This document shows positions 49,843 to 59,275 of a stretch of 64,000 nt of DNA, piece after piece (the stretch's first letter is position 1; every line of letters starts with the position of its first letter). Below the pieces are notes generated by a model that was given only the letters and a program-made list of their open reading frames with translations, was not told where the DNA came from and searched no databases. The position numbers and the translations under genes were made by a program. Source of the DNA: Escherichia phage vB_EcoM_G8; the sequence record NC_054915.1; one strand, written 5' to 3'.

Positions 49843-50867
49843 TAGTTCAGTGCATTTAGTGCATTGTTCAGTTTAGAACGTTGCTTTGTCAGATTTTGAA
49901 CCCTTGACTGAGCTTGTTCTAACGCCTTTTCAGCTTCTAGCACTTCATTGGTCGCTTTAACGAGTTCATCATCTACTGCCTTAAGAGACTTCTCAATCGC
50001 GTCAGCGTGCCATTTTTCTACAGGTTTAAAATTTGAATTTTCAGTAGGAAGAAAATTCACTTTATTGAATTTCCATGCATCCTTATTACCTGAACTATAC
50101 ATCCAAAATTTAGGATCGTTTGATAAGTAATTGGATAAATTTAAATTTAAGTTATCTTGTACTTCTTGCTTTTTCTCTTGCGGGACTTCGTCCTTTCTCA
50201 AAAAATCGTATTTAAATGAAACGATCATATCAAGTTCATATGATGTTGTATCTAACTTAAATCGTTCAAAACGATGTAAAATCTTAGATTGAACAGCAGC
50301 AACAACATCCATATACTTAAATGCTTCTGTCAACTGTGATTTAAGGCATTCACAAATTGAAAGAGAATTTTTTGTATTAGGTTTAAAGCTAATTTGTGCA
50401 GTTCTATTATTTTCTTTAGATGGTCTTACTTCCATCTGAAGAGTATAACCATCAAATTTCAGATTCTTTAAGTTAATATCAGAACCTTTTAATCGACTAG
50501 CAGTAGACAAAATTTGCTTTAATTGTTTACGGAATAGAGCAATAAATCTCCATTCAAGACGATAATGATTTGGATTAAAAAATCCTGTTGATAAATCGAC
50601 CTTACTCTGACCAACGCCTTGAACAAATAGAGGATTTTTATAATCAATAGTTTTACAGAAATCGGTGAGCTGCTCACGAGCAGTCATTTGTGTAATATAT
50701 CCCGCTTTACTAAAATGACGTAACCATTCACTGCTATTCATATACTTAAAGTGAATGGAACTATTAACTCTATCAGGGTCTAAATTATTTTCACACAAAA
50801 ATGTCATAACATTACGGGTATAGCTGGCATTACGAACCATATCTTCAATTTGAGAACGAGTTTTCAT
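49842..50867 (-). CDS. hypothetical protein with C-terminal coiled coil
   Basis: 341-aa ORF. Confidence 0.6.
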   Translation of the reverse strand: MKTRSQIEDMVRNASYTRNVMTFLCENNLDPDRVNSSIHFKYMNSSEWLRHFSKAGYITQMTAREQLTDFCKTIDYKNPLFVQGVGQSKVDLSTGFFNPNHYRLEWRFIALFRKQLKQILSTASRLKGSDINLKNLKFDGYTLQMEVRPSKENNRTAQISFKPNTKNSLSICECLKSQLTEAFKYMDVVAAVQSKILHRFERFKLDTTSYELDMIVSFKYDFLRKDEVPQEKKQEVQDNLNLNLSNYLSNDPKFWMYSSGNKDAWKFNKVNFLPTENSNFKPVEKWHADAIEKSLKAVDDELVKATNEVLEAEKALEQAQSRVQNLTKQRSKLNNALNALN

Positions 50868-50875
50868 GGTGTTCC

Positions 50876-51799
50876 TTAAGATTTAAGTAAATCAACAATT
50901 TTAATTAATTTTTCACGTTCAGATTTAGCTTTACTACTCAATCCAGATAGTCTGAAAATTTCATCGTCATATTGTTGAATAGAAATATTCAGCTCTTCAA
51001 TTTGCTTATTAAAATAATCAATTTGTTCAGAATGTTTTTCGTTACTACGAACTGGTGCAGGTTTTGTAGGCAATTTAGTTGAACTGGATTCATCCGGGCG
51101 ATAAATTAAAATACAACTTGAACCAATCGGACATTTAGCACCAGACACATATTCTAATGTTCCAGCTTCTTTTAAAATTTCAAAAGCTAAACAGAGATGA
51201 TGACCCATATTGGCATAATCTGTAGAGTGAGCTCTGACGTAATAATCATCTCCACGAGTGCTAAATTTAAAGCATTTAAGGTCTTCTGTATTATTGGTCT
51301 TAAAAATCATTTGTTTATCTAGACCTTTAGCCAATCGAGCGCCTAATGCTAATAATCGTCGTTGATTTTCCCACAAATCTGCGATCATTTGGTCAAATGA
51401 TAATTTTGGCATTAGTCGACCATAAAGGTCATATCCTTTATTATAATTGCGAAGAATTTCACTCGCGTTAATGCGAGACAACGCTCCAATTTTATTAAGG
51501 GCTTTCATGATGCGATTAGATAAAAGCATTCCAGATCCGTTTGTTCGTTGTAAATGTTTTTCTAATCCAAATCCAATATCAACTTTAAACTTATCTAAAA
51601 TTTCGGCGTGAACATCTTTATCAATAACATTTAAATTTAGTACTGGGTTAAATTTATGAAAAAATTTATCTGACTCGTCGCGTTGAAGTACAGTCCATTC
51701 ATTTGATTTTTTATTAACTAAAGATTTAATTACTGCATTGACATTATTAATTGCTACTGACATATTTTCCTCACTCAATTTCAATTTTACTAAATACAC
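50876..51799 (-). CDS. hypothetical protein with C-terminal coiled coil
   Basis: 307-aa ORF. Confidence 0.6.
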   Translation of the reverse strand: MYLVKLKLSEENMSVAINNVNAVIKSLVNKKSNEWTVLQRDESDKFFHKFNPVLNLNVIDKDVHAEILDKFKVDIGFGLEKHLQRTNGSGMLLSNRIMKALNKIGALSRINASEILRNYNKGYDLYGRLMPKLSFDQMIADLWENQRRLLALGARLAKGLDKQMIFKTNNTEDLKCFKFSTRGDDYYVRAHSTDYANMGHHLCLAFEILKEAGTLEYVSGAKCPIGSSCILIYRPDESSSTKLPTKPAPVRSNEKHSEQIDYFNKQIEELNISIQQYDDEIFRLSGLSSKAKSEREKLIKIVDLLKS

Positions 51800-52178
51800 A
51801 GAATATGATGGAACAGACTATATAAGCACCACACACAGATTGAACTAATACCATTCCAAAGAACCAAATAATATTATCAAACAATGTCTGTTTTACGTCG
51901 AAAGGACGTAAACTTACAGTAATATTATCGCCTTTTTCTATTGAAGAATACATCTCTGGTGAAATATATTCACTAAATCTATAACCGTCATTTAGTTCAT
52001 ATACAGCAATAAACGATAAACTAGACCCCTTTCCTTGAGTTCCTGTAAGGGTATTAACTACAGTAACATCATAATCTTTATAATGCATATAATCATTAAT
52101 AGCATAATAACCATATGCAATTACTATACATAAACAACATATCAATAAATTCAATCTTTTAATTATCAACTGTTTCAT
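51771..52178 (-). CDS. membrane protein (N- and C-terminal TM segments)
   Basis: 135-aa ORF. Confidence 0.5.
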   Translation of the reverse strand: MKQLIIKRLNLLICCLCIVIAYGYYAINDYMHYKDYDVTVVNTLTGTQGKGSSLSFIAVYELNDGYRFSEYISPEMYSSIEKGDNITVSLRPFDVKQTLFDNIIWFFGMVLVQSVCGAYIVCSIIFCVFSKIEIE

Positions 52179-52233
52179 AATAATCTCAATTAAAAGGGCT
52201 TAGAACCATTATACCATCCTTGGTATAAAGCGG

Positions 52234-52761
52234 TTATGCGAGTACCGTCTTTAACCGTTCTTCAAATTTCCGAAGAGTATTCTGGCGTTCAGCTCTTTGC
52301 TTTTTGTAAGTTTCAATACGCTCTGAAATGAGAGTGTATCGTTCATTTACTGATTCTTTCATAAAATCAGGAATTTCACGAGAAGCTTTAATCTCGTCAA
52401 ATTTATCAATAACAGCTTGCTCTTCAGCAATTAAGTTATCATACATCAAAATATCTTTCTTGATGAACTCAATATCTTCTTGAGTTACACGAGATAATTT
52501 AGATGCTTTATCCTTTTTGTACTGTTCATTAGTATCACGAGACCAGTGTAATGTACGATTTTTATTCGTATTCTTGTAAATTTCTACAATACCAATCTCA
52601 TCAATAATAACGATCCAATTCCAACGGGATTTGTAAATTTGTCCTCCATCAACCGTGATTTCACCTCCGATTGAGATGTCATTAAAGAACTTGCTTTGCG
52701 CTTCAGATTTAAATTTACCATCATTGTAATTTACCAAGTTGAAAATATCTTTAGCGTTCAT
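52234..52761 (-). CDS. hypothetical protein
   Basis: 175-aa ORF with GGAGG RBS downstream of early promoter. Confidence 0.6.
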   Translation of the reverse strand: MNAKDIFNLVNYNDGKFKSEAQSKFFNDISIGGEITVDGGQIYKSRWNWIVIIDEIGIVEIYKNTNKNRTLHWSRDTNEQYKKDKASKLSRVTQEDIEFIKKDILMYDNLIAEEQAVIDKFDEIKASREIPDFMKESVNERYTLISERIETYKKQRAERQNTLRKFEERLKTVLA

Positions 52762-52789
52762 TTTGTGTTCCTCCGTAGTTGATAGTTGT

Positions 52790-52819
52790 ATAGTACCACA
52801 GAGGAACGGTCTTGTAAAC
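52790..52819 (-). promoter_or_regulatory. T4-type early promoter in repeated cassette
   Basis: plus strand gttgatagttgtatagtaccaca...gtaaac. Confidence 0.65.
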
Positions 52820-52821
52820 CA

Positions 52822-53136
52822 CTAAAAGAAACTTCTTTCACAATTTTTTCCACTGAACCAAGCGCTCACTGCTTTCTTAGTCTCAGGAGCAGTGTTATCC
52901 ATAAACCATTCAAAGGCAGCCTTTTTATGATTCTGGAGGGCTTCTCGGGCTTTAATCTGCTCACGGTCTATTAACACTAACATATGAGCCTTTCTTGTCA
53001 CCATGGGCTTCTTATGATTTTTTGAATACTCCCAATCATTTGTCCATCGCATCGTTGTTGCGAATTGAAGTACAGCTTCTTTAATTTTAGTTTCGTAAAT
53101 TTCACGAGCCTTTGAGTATAACATCATTACCTCCAT
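52822..53136 (-). CDS. hypothetical protein
   Basis: 104-aa ORF. Confidence 0.5.
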   Translation of the reverse strand: MEVMMLYSKAREIYETKIKEAVLQFATTMRWTNDWEYSKNHKKPMVTRKAHMLVLIDREQIKAREALQNHKKAAFEWFMDNTAPETKKAVSAWFSGKNCERSFF

Positions 53137-53226
53137 TTACCAGTTTAATTCTAGTCATCTTTTTAATGGCAGTCCATATAATCTATTTCTGAACTGCCTT
53201 TTTGTCTTAGAAGTCCTCTTATGAAT

Positions 53227-54207
53227 TTATTTCAGAAGAGTAACCGTAGCAATTTCTTCCCAATGGTTTTTGTCGGTCATAATAAAGTCAGCAAGATAAA
53301 GAGCAGTACGCAGTGAAACATTGCGTAAACGATTAACATTGACTTTCATCCATGATAATGCTTTATAAGTTTCTTCATCAGAAAGACCGCGCTTTTGCAT
53401 CATGTCGGTTGAAAGAATAACATCTTCAACCCTGACCATAATTTCTTCATTAGTGTGAACACCCAAATCCAAATAAACTGAGCGGGACACTAATGCTTGT
53501 AAATGTGGAGCAAGTTTAGTACCACGGTCTAATTCGCGGTCAATGTCAACGTTTGTGATAAAAACAATCGTTCCTTTAAATTCAAACTCACGCTCAATGC
53601 CTTTTTCTTCTAAGTAAGAAGATGCAGTGCTCCAGCAGACTTTACGGGTCTCTCCAGTGTCCAGAGCGGCTTTTAGAAGATTAAGAATGTCCATATCAGA
53701 GAAAACATCCACATCATCAATCAAAAGGACAGAATTCTCTTCACGATTATTCCAAAGCTGTTCATAAAGACCGATACCAGAGATTTTACCATTAATGCTT
53801 TTATACTCAATGTATCCATTATCATTTGCTTTATTTAAAGCTTTATCTAAAGAATATGTTTTACCAATACCTGCTGCACCAGAGATAATTAATGAACGAA
53901 TGTTTCCGTTAATAATACCATTCGTCATCATTCCCATAACATTAAATCTTTTATTAATGCGGGTTTTCATATCTTCATACGATTCTTTAACTTCTTCAAC
54001 TTTTACACCATCATATGAAATGTCTGATTTGTAAACCCAAACACCGCGACGTTTACCGTCAATTTCAACAAAAACTTTACCATCTCCTTGTGCATCTACC
54101 GGAGCATTATCTGGGAACCATTCACCTAAGAGCTCAAAAGTTCCAGAGATTTCTTTACCAAAGTAGATACCCTTATTGATAGTTACAGTTTTCATTTTAT
54201 TCTCCAA
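53227..54207 (-). CDS. P-loop (AAA-like) ATPase; true start probably M5 MKTVTIN
   Basis: 326-aa track ORF; Walker A GAAGIGKT, Walker B LLIDDVD. Confidence 0.65.
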   Translation of the reverse strand: MENKMKTVTINKGIYFGKEISGTFELLGEWFPDNAPVDAQGDGKVFVEIDGKRRGVWVYKSDISYDGVKVEEVKESYEDMKTRINKRFNVMGMMTNGIINGNIRSLIISGAAGIGKTYSLDKALNKANDNGYIEYKSINGKISGIGLYEQLWNNREENSVLLIDDVDVFSDMDILNLLKAALDTGETRKVCWSTASSYLEEKGIEREFEFKGTIVFITNVDIDRELDRGTKLAPHLQALVSRSVYLDLGVHTNEEIMVRVEDVILSTDMMQKRGLSDEETYKALSWMKVNVNRLRNVSLRTALYLADFIMTDKNHWEEIATVTLLK

Positions 54208-54229
54208 ATCCGTATCAGTTGATAGTTGT

Positions 54230-54259
54230 ATAGTACCATAAAGCTTTATGCTTGTAAAC
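54230..54259 (-). promoter_or_regulatory. T4-type early promoter in repeated cassette (about 85 percent identical over about 95 nt to the 25390-25480 copy)
   Basis: direct sequence comparison. Confidence 0.65.
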
Positions 54260-54289
54260 AGTTTTGTGAAAAATTTTTGAAATAAAAAA

Positions 54290-54307
54290 GGGAGCCCGAA
54301 GGCTCCC
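54290..54307 (-). terminator. intrinsic terminator: 7-bp C(UUCG)G stem-loop plus U-run, downstream of nucleotidyltransferase gene
   Basis: plus strand aaaaaa-gggagcc-cgaa-ggctccc. Confidence 0.6.
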
Positions 54308-54309
54308 TA

Positions 54310-55320
54310 TCATTTATAATAACTTCGGTGGTTTTCAAGATAGACCTTCTCAAGGAAGTCATCCCAGAAACTCATGTCTACTGTTTTAGGCATACCATTC
54401 TTAGAAGCTTCAGTAGATGCTGCTTCTACTTGATCGACCACATCTTCCAAAAACTCTTGAACTGTTTTAAATGGATGTTTACCCAACTTCACGTCGAGAA
54501 TAAATGGAGCATCTTGGAGTGGATAAATCAAGTCGCCAGTTTTGTAAATTTCCAATAGTTGAAGTCCACCACGACAAGCATGACTTAGTGCTTTCCAATC
54601 AATACCTTCATTAGCTTCGGCCTTACGAGCACGTTCACCATATTCAGCATCTAATTTGTTCAGTGACTGCTTAAGCTCAATAAGAGAAAGCGTTGTCTGA
54701 TATTTACGACCCAGCACTGTATAGAACGTTTGTGGACCTGTTTTCTCATGATTATGGAACACCCATTCACAGAATTCGTTTTCTGGAAGACGATGCTTAA
54801 TATCTTCAACTTTAGTACGACGCTGCTTAATGGAACCGTCTTCTTGGTAATCAACCCATTGCTCAGGGATTTGATTAACTACTTTCAATACATCATGTAA
54901 TGCAGCCAAACGAGAACCCTTGACGCCGTATTTAGAAGCTTGCTTGCGGACATATCCTAAATAGGATTTCATGTTAGTCGTATAAAAACGAGAACGGTTG
55001 TCTTGAATAAACTTCCACACATCAGGCAAATCAGATTTAACTACTAGTTCAGGTGGAGTGTGAAGCATATCCAATGCTACAGTTTCACCATCTGCTGCTA
55101 ATTTAAAGAAATATTTAAGACTGTATAGTTCATGGTCAATATCATCTTTAGTGTTTTTAGATGATGTGTTGTTGGTGTTTTTACTCATGTGCTCTTTAAC
55201 GTTACCGGTCAAGATATCACGAGCATGAGGGACATAAATTTCTTTAAAATCGACGTCAGATTCAGGAGTAGACGTTCCATAAAGGTGGCTACCAAAATAA
55301 GACTTAACTACAGTTTTCAT
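54310..55320 (-). CDS. nucleotidyltransferase-fold protein (Pol-beta superfamily GS...D.D motif)
   Basis: 336-aa ORF; N-terminal YFGSHLYGTSTPESDVDF. Confidence 0.6.
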   Translation of the reverse strand: MKTVVKSYFGSHLYGTSTPESDVDFKEIYVPHARDILTGNVKEHMSKNTNNTSSKNTKDDIDHELYSLKYFFKLAADGETVALDMLHTPPELVVKSDLPDVWKFIQDNRSRFYTTNMKSYLGYVRKQASKYGVKGSRLAALHDVLKVVNQIPEQWVDYQEDGSIKQRRTKVEDIKHRLPENEFCEWVFHNHEKTGPQTFYTVLGRKYQTTLSLIELKQSLNKLDAEYGERARKAEANEGIDWKALSHACRGGLQLLEIYKTGDLIYPLQDAPFILDVKLGKHPFKTVQEFLEDVVDQVEAASTEASKNGMPKTVDMSFWDDFLEKVYLENHRSYYK

Positions 55321-55504
55321 TATTCCACCTAATCATTTCAAGATATTGAACTAACTTAGCTTTAGATTTATCCAAATCCTTTTTAGCTGCTTCTATACCG
55401 TCGTATGAATATCCTTCACAATGCTCAACTGCTAATTGATATGAATCTATTTCAATATCACGTGCTAATTTAATGATTTTTTCAAACTGTTCGCGTGTTA
55501 GCAT
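55304..55504 (-). CDS. small helical protein (MxTREQ family)
   Basis: 66-aa ORF. Confidence 0.5.
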   Translation of the reverse strand: MLTREQFEKIIKLARDIEIDSYQLAVEHCEGYSYDGIEAAKKDLDKSKAKLVQYLEMIRWNNENCS

Positions 55505-55506
55505 AC

Positions 55507-55746
55507 TTAAACTCTCGTATTATGATCGATAATTTCATCAAGAAACATATCTAACGCTTCTACAGCATTATTAACTTTATCTTCAAGTTCTTCAATACTT
55601 TTATTTGCAATGCCTGACGAAAACCAAGCAAAGTCACTAAGTTCCTCATCTGCTTTACGAATTAAAGCTACCAATTCCTTAATTTTATCCGCTTGTTCGA
55701 TACTAATCATTATTCCACCACATATGAAAGAGAGAATATTGCACAC
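55507..55746 (-). CDS. small helical protein (paralog family; start probably internal MISIEQ)
   Basis: 79-aa track ORF. Confidence 0.5.
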
Positions 55747-55943
55747 GCCATGTGAGTTGCAACTTCATCACACATATTATAACGTTTCTTAAGAAGTTCT
55801 ACAAGTTCTTCACTAGTAACTTCATCCATGTCGACGAAAAAATCACCATTAATGATGACGTAGATATTTCCTTCTTGATTGAGTGCTTCAATTTTCATGA
55901 TGTTCTCCTCTTTATCCGATAGTTGTATAGTACCACAGCTCAA
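55710..55943 (-). CDS. small protein (start probably internal MKIEALNQ, downstream of promoter)
   Basis: 77-aa track ORF; promoter overlaps its first codons. Confidence 0.45.
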
Positions 55944-55956
55944 ACGGAAAGTAAAC
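55927..55956 (-). promoter_or_regulatory. T4-type early promoter in repeated cassette
   Basis: plus strand gatagttgtatagtaccaca...gtaaac. Confidence 0.6.
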
Positions 55957-55970
55957 CGGTAAAATGAAAA

Positions 55971-55988
55971 AAGTCTCCCGAAGGAGAC
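55971..55988 (-). terminator. intrinsic terminator: 7-bp C(UUCG)G stem-loop plus U6
   Basis: plus strand aaaaaa-gtctcc-cgaa-ggagac. Confidence 0.6.
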
Positions 55989-55993
55989 TAACG

Positions 55994-56380
55994 TTATTCG
56001 AGGGAAAGAAGATATTTACTCTGGTAAAACATTCCAGTAATATCATCTATCGTGCTTTGAATGGCTGGAGGCATTTCTTTGTAAATGCTGTTAGATTGGT
56101 CTAGTATGCGATCAATCATTTTAATTGTGTCGGTAGGAAGTTTACTAGCATCTGGAATTGAAGGTGTGTATTTTCTACCAGAATACCCCAAATATTGCTC
56201 ACCAAATTTATCAATCAAATCTGGCAACTCGGAAAAAATAAAATCGTATGCTTTGTGTCTAGCATAACTTTTAGTTTCAAAATGTGCAGAATGAAAATAA
56301 GCTTGTGCAGCCATTAATAAACCTAAGTATTCATCTGCCTTTGAAGGTTTTCCACTTTGTGAAAAGTCGCTGAATTTCAT
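55994..56380 (-). CDS. hypothetical protein (rI.-1 position)
   Basis: 128-aa ORF. Confidence 0.55.
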
Positions 56381-56670
56381 TCAGTCTCCAATTTAATGTT
56401 CATAATTCTAGCGTATGATTGTGCCATCTCCGCGCCTCGCTCTATACATTCAAAATCAGAAGAGCACGGGTCATTTTTATAGGTCGTTCTCATAAAACTA
56501 TAGAATTGTTCAGACGATTCTACGCTTTTATTTTCAAAAAGCATATAAACGTGCCTAATACCAGATTCCATAAATTTATCAAAATGAGGATCGACATTCG
56601 CTTCAATCGATGGAGATAAAACAAATGACAATCCTAGCATGGCAAATAGTGCCGTTGCTTTTAAGGCCAT
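56377..56670 (-). CDS. rI: lysis inhibition regulator RI-like periplasmic protein
   Basis: 97-aa ORF with N-terminal signal-anchor, T4 RI length, located just upstream of tk as in T4. Confidence 0.7.
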   Translation of the reverse strand: MALKATALFAMLGLSFVLSPSIEANVDPHFDKFMESGIRHVYMLFENKSVESSEQFYSFMRTTYKNDPCSSDFECIERGAEMAQSYARIMNIKLETE

Positions 56671-56682
56671 AAAGGCCTCCTA

Positions 56683-56895
56683 TCATTTTTGCCCTGTATT
56701 TACTTTATGCCGGTGCACGGCCTTAACTTTATCAAGGTATTTTTCAAAATTTCGCAATCTAGTATAGTCTGCCGGAGATTGGTTGAGTGATACTTCTCGA
56801 CGCAAAGCTGAAATGATATTTCCAACTTCCCTACGAATTTCATCTAATTGAAGAACAGTAAGATTGCGAAGTTGCTTTTCAGTTAATTGTAGCAT
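56683..56895 (-). CDS. hypothetical small protein (rI.1 position)
   Basis: 70-aa ORF. Confidence 0.5.
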
Positions 56896-56937
56896 ATATA
56901 CCCCTTTAGTTAGATAAACCTATTTATAACTTTTGCA

Positions 56938-57519
56938 CTAACCGAGCTTTTTAGTTAATTCATTCCAATGTTTTCTACACAAAGAAACATAAATTTCATC
57001 ACCAATACAGATTTGATTACCTTCTTTAACTGGTGTTCCATCTTCCATTAATCGAGCTGTCATAATCGCTTTTTTACCGCAATGACAAACTGCCTTTAGT
57101 TCAATAAGTTTATCTGCAATCGCCAAAAGTTCTTTAGAACCTTCAAACAATTTTCCAGCGAAATCAGTCCTTAATCCATAAGCCATAACAGGAACATTAT
57201 ATGTATCAACAATTCGGCTCAATTGATGCACCTGTTCAGTTTTTAAAAACTGGGCTTCATCTACAAATACGCAATGAATATCTTTTTGTGCTTCAGCCCA
57301 TTTATAGAACTCGAAAATATCCATATCATCTGTAATAATATTCGCTTCCTGTTTAATTCCAATGCGAGAAACAACTTCACAGACAGAATCGCGAGTATCA
57401 ATAGCAGGCTTAAGAACTAATACACTCATTCCACGTTCTTTATAATTATGTGCAGCAGTCAAAAGAGAAGCAGATTTTCCAGCATTCATTGCTGCATAAG
57501 TAAAAATTAAACTCGCCAT
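56938..57519 (-). CDS. tk: thymidine kinase
   Basis: 193-aa ORF; P-loop AAMNAGKS and zinc-ribbon cysteines; T4 Tk length. Confidence 0.95.
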   Translation of the reverse strand: MASLIFTYAAMNAGKSASLLTAAHNYKERGMSVLVLKPAIDTRDSVCEVVSRIGIKQEANIITDDMDIFEFYKWAEAQKDIHCVFVDEAQFLKTEQVHQLSRIVDTYNVPVMAYGLRTDFAGKLFEGSKELLAIADKLIELKAVCHCGKKAIMTARLMEDGTPVKEGNQICIGDEIYVSLCRKHWNELTKKLG

Positions 57520-57520
57520 C

Positions 57521-57709
57521 TTAGTCCTTAGTTAAATTTTCTAAATATGTTTCTAAATCATTTTCAGCTTTATCGATAGATTTTACTAATTCGTAATATG
57601 TTTCGTCATCTCCGTATTCAGAAGATAATTCAAAAGACAAATCCTTTTCTAAACTAATAATTTCACTAACTAAAAATAATATTTCGTTCTTTTGTTCGCG
57701 AGTAATCAT
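57521..57709 (-). CDS. tk.1-like small helical protein
   Basis: 62-aa ORF; paralog of next ORF. Confidence 0.5.
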   Translation of the reverse strand: MITREQKNEILFLVSEIISLEKDLSFELSSEYGDDETYYELVKSIDKAENDLETYLENLTKD

Positions 57710-57891
57710 AAGGAATTTATATAATCAATGAGTTCTTGTTCTTTATTATCGAATTCTTTAGAAAGTTCTTCGTACTCGTTTGCACTAAAAGGACCGCATT
57801 CATTACAAACTTTTTCCAATTCACTATTTTTATCCATAACTTCGTGGATAAGAGAAAAGAGTCTGTCTTTTTGTTCTTTACTTAAACTCAT
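57706..57891 (-). CDS. tk.2-like small helical protein
   Basis: 61-aa ORF. Confidence 0.5.
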   Translation of the reverse strand: MSLSKEQKDRLFSLIHEVMDKNSELEKVCNECGPFSANEYEELSKEFDNKEQELIDYINSL

Positions 57892-58057
57892 ATATTAATT
57901 TCCAGAAGTTTTAAAATAATTCGCTTTTGCTTAAATATTTCCATAGTTAAATGATCAGTATCTTTTTGGCCAATTCCAATGGCAAAACCTTTATTAGCAG
58001 CGAGTTCAATTAAATTATCAAGTTCACGTGACACTTCATATTGTAACTCAGAACTAT

Positions 58058-58270
58058 TCATTTCGGTTTACCTTCTTTAACGAAATCTGGATAAGGATAA
58101 AATCCCGAATAAAATCCTTCACCTTTATGATTGATGCATCCTTTATTAGAACAATAGCACCAATAATCGAAATCACAAGCCATTTCATCGTTGCATAAAG
58201 CAAAAACAACTGGCCATTTACACTTTTCACAGTGGGCATTTTTAAGAATACTAGTTTGGCTCATAACCAT
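58058..58270 (-). CDS. cysteine-rich small protein (putative metal-binding)
   Basis: 70-aa ORF with 9 Cys; preferred over overlapping 58054-58239 frame. Confidence 0.45.
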   Translation of the reverse strand: MVMSQTSILKNAHCEKCKWPVVFALCNDEMACDFDYWCYCSNKGCINHKGEGFYSGFYPYPDFVKEGKPK

Positions 58271-58488
58271 GTCACCTTTAAGCAGTATTCTTCTACATGC
58301 TGTTTACGACCTTTCTTATCAATAAAGGTATATTCAACGAATGTTCCAATGTAGTCTTTATCTACATCATGTGGACTATTAATTGGACATTTAGTACGGC
58401 AAATGCGCTCCCATTGACGAATAATTACTGCCTTATTCTTTGGGTCATATGGATGTGGATAATGTATATTCATAATAATGGTTCCCAA
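58261..58488 (-). CDS. hypothetical small protein
   Basis: 75-aa ORF. Confidence 0.45.
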   Translation of the reverse strand: MGTIIMNIHYPHPYDPKNKAVIIRQWERICRTKCPINSPHDVDKDYIGTFVEYTFIDKKGRKQHVEEYCLKVTWL

Positions 58489-58937
58489 TCAACAATCACA
58501 ATTTCTAATTTAGAGGAATATGTATCTAAAATCCCCTCAATAATATCCCAGTTCCCTTTACCTATGCCTGCACCAATCCTAGGCATATAGATTGTAGGTT
58601 TAATCAGTTTATTTTCACCAAACTCATTTAATTCTAACATACAATTCATTAAAGCGGAATATTCAAAATTTGGTCCTGGTTGAAATTGAGTATAAAGATT
58701 AAAGCAGTAAGCTTTATGAGTCCTAAAGTATTTTTCATAGACTGAATAAGAACCAAGTTTAGTTACATCACCCCATTCAGTCTGTAATTTATCAGCTTCC
58801 AAAATTTTAGGGAAAGCTTTGGTTAATTGACCTGCGACTCCAGCTTTCATCGTATGAAAACAATTGCATCCATGCGCAATATTTTTACCTTCAGTGAAAA
58901 GGGCGACAATATCGCCCTTGATATATTTTACAATCAT
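58470..58937 (-). CDS. macro-domain-like protein (putative ADP-ribose binding/hydrolase)
   Basis: 155-aa ORF; glycine-rich motifs GCNCFHTMKAGVAGQ and IGAGIGKG resembling macro domain loops. Confidence 0.5.
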   Translation of the reverse strand: MIVKYIKGDIVALFTEGKNIAHGCNCFHTMKAGVAGQLTKAFPKILEADKLQTEWGDVTKLGSYSVYEKYFRTHKAYCFNLYTQFQPGPNFEYSALMNCMLELNEFGENKLIKPTIYMPRIGAGIGKGNWDIIEGILDTYSSKLEIVIVDWEPLL

Positions 58938-59275
58938 TTAGTACTCAATCCTCGATTATAAGAATCTACCAAACGGTCAACCATTGAATGACAAGCGGCT
59001 TTATCTTTCTCCTCCGCAACTGAACATTCTAAGGTATTCCACTTTTTAGCATATCGTTTTAATAATGTATCGTTTTTGTATCTGCTTGATTTATCTCTTT
59101 CTCCGTCTTTATATGCATATATTAATTTCTGCGCAAATTCAGCTTGGCATGCTTTATTTTTCCCACAATAATCTGCCGCAGTGCGATTTACATATTCTCT
59201 AATTTCAGTATATGATGTATCTGCTAACGCAGAAAATGAAATTAATCCTATACATAAAACCAAAATTTTAGTCAT
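58934..59275 (-). CDS. secreted protein (signal peptide, 4 Cys)
   Basis: 113-aa ORF. Confidence 0.55.
   Translation of the reverse strand: MTKILVLCIGLISFSALADTSYTEIREYVNRTAADYCGKNKACQAEFAQKLIYAYKDGERDKSSRYKNDTLLKRYAKKWNTLECSVAEEKDKAACHSMVDRLVDSYNRGLSTK

Noticed and set aside
53165-53205. Hairpin ggcagt...actgcc followed by TTTTTG on the plus strand, as a possible plus-strand terminator
   Set aside because: 20-nt loop and weak stem; no plus-strand gene upstream to terminate.
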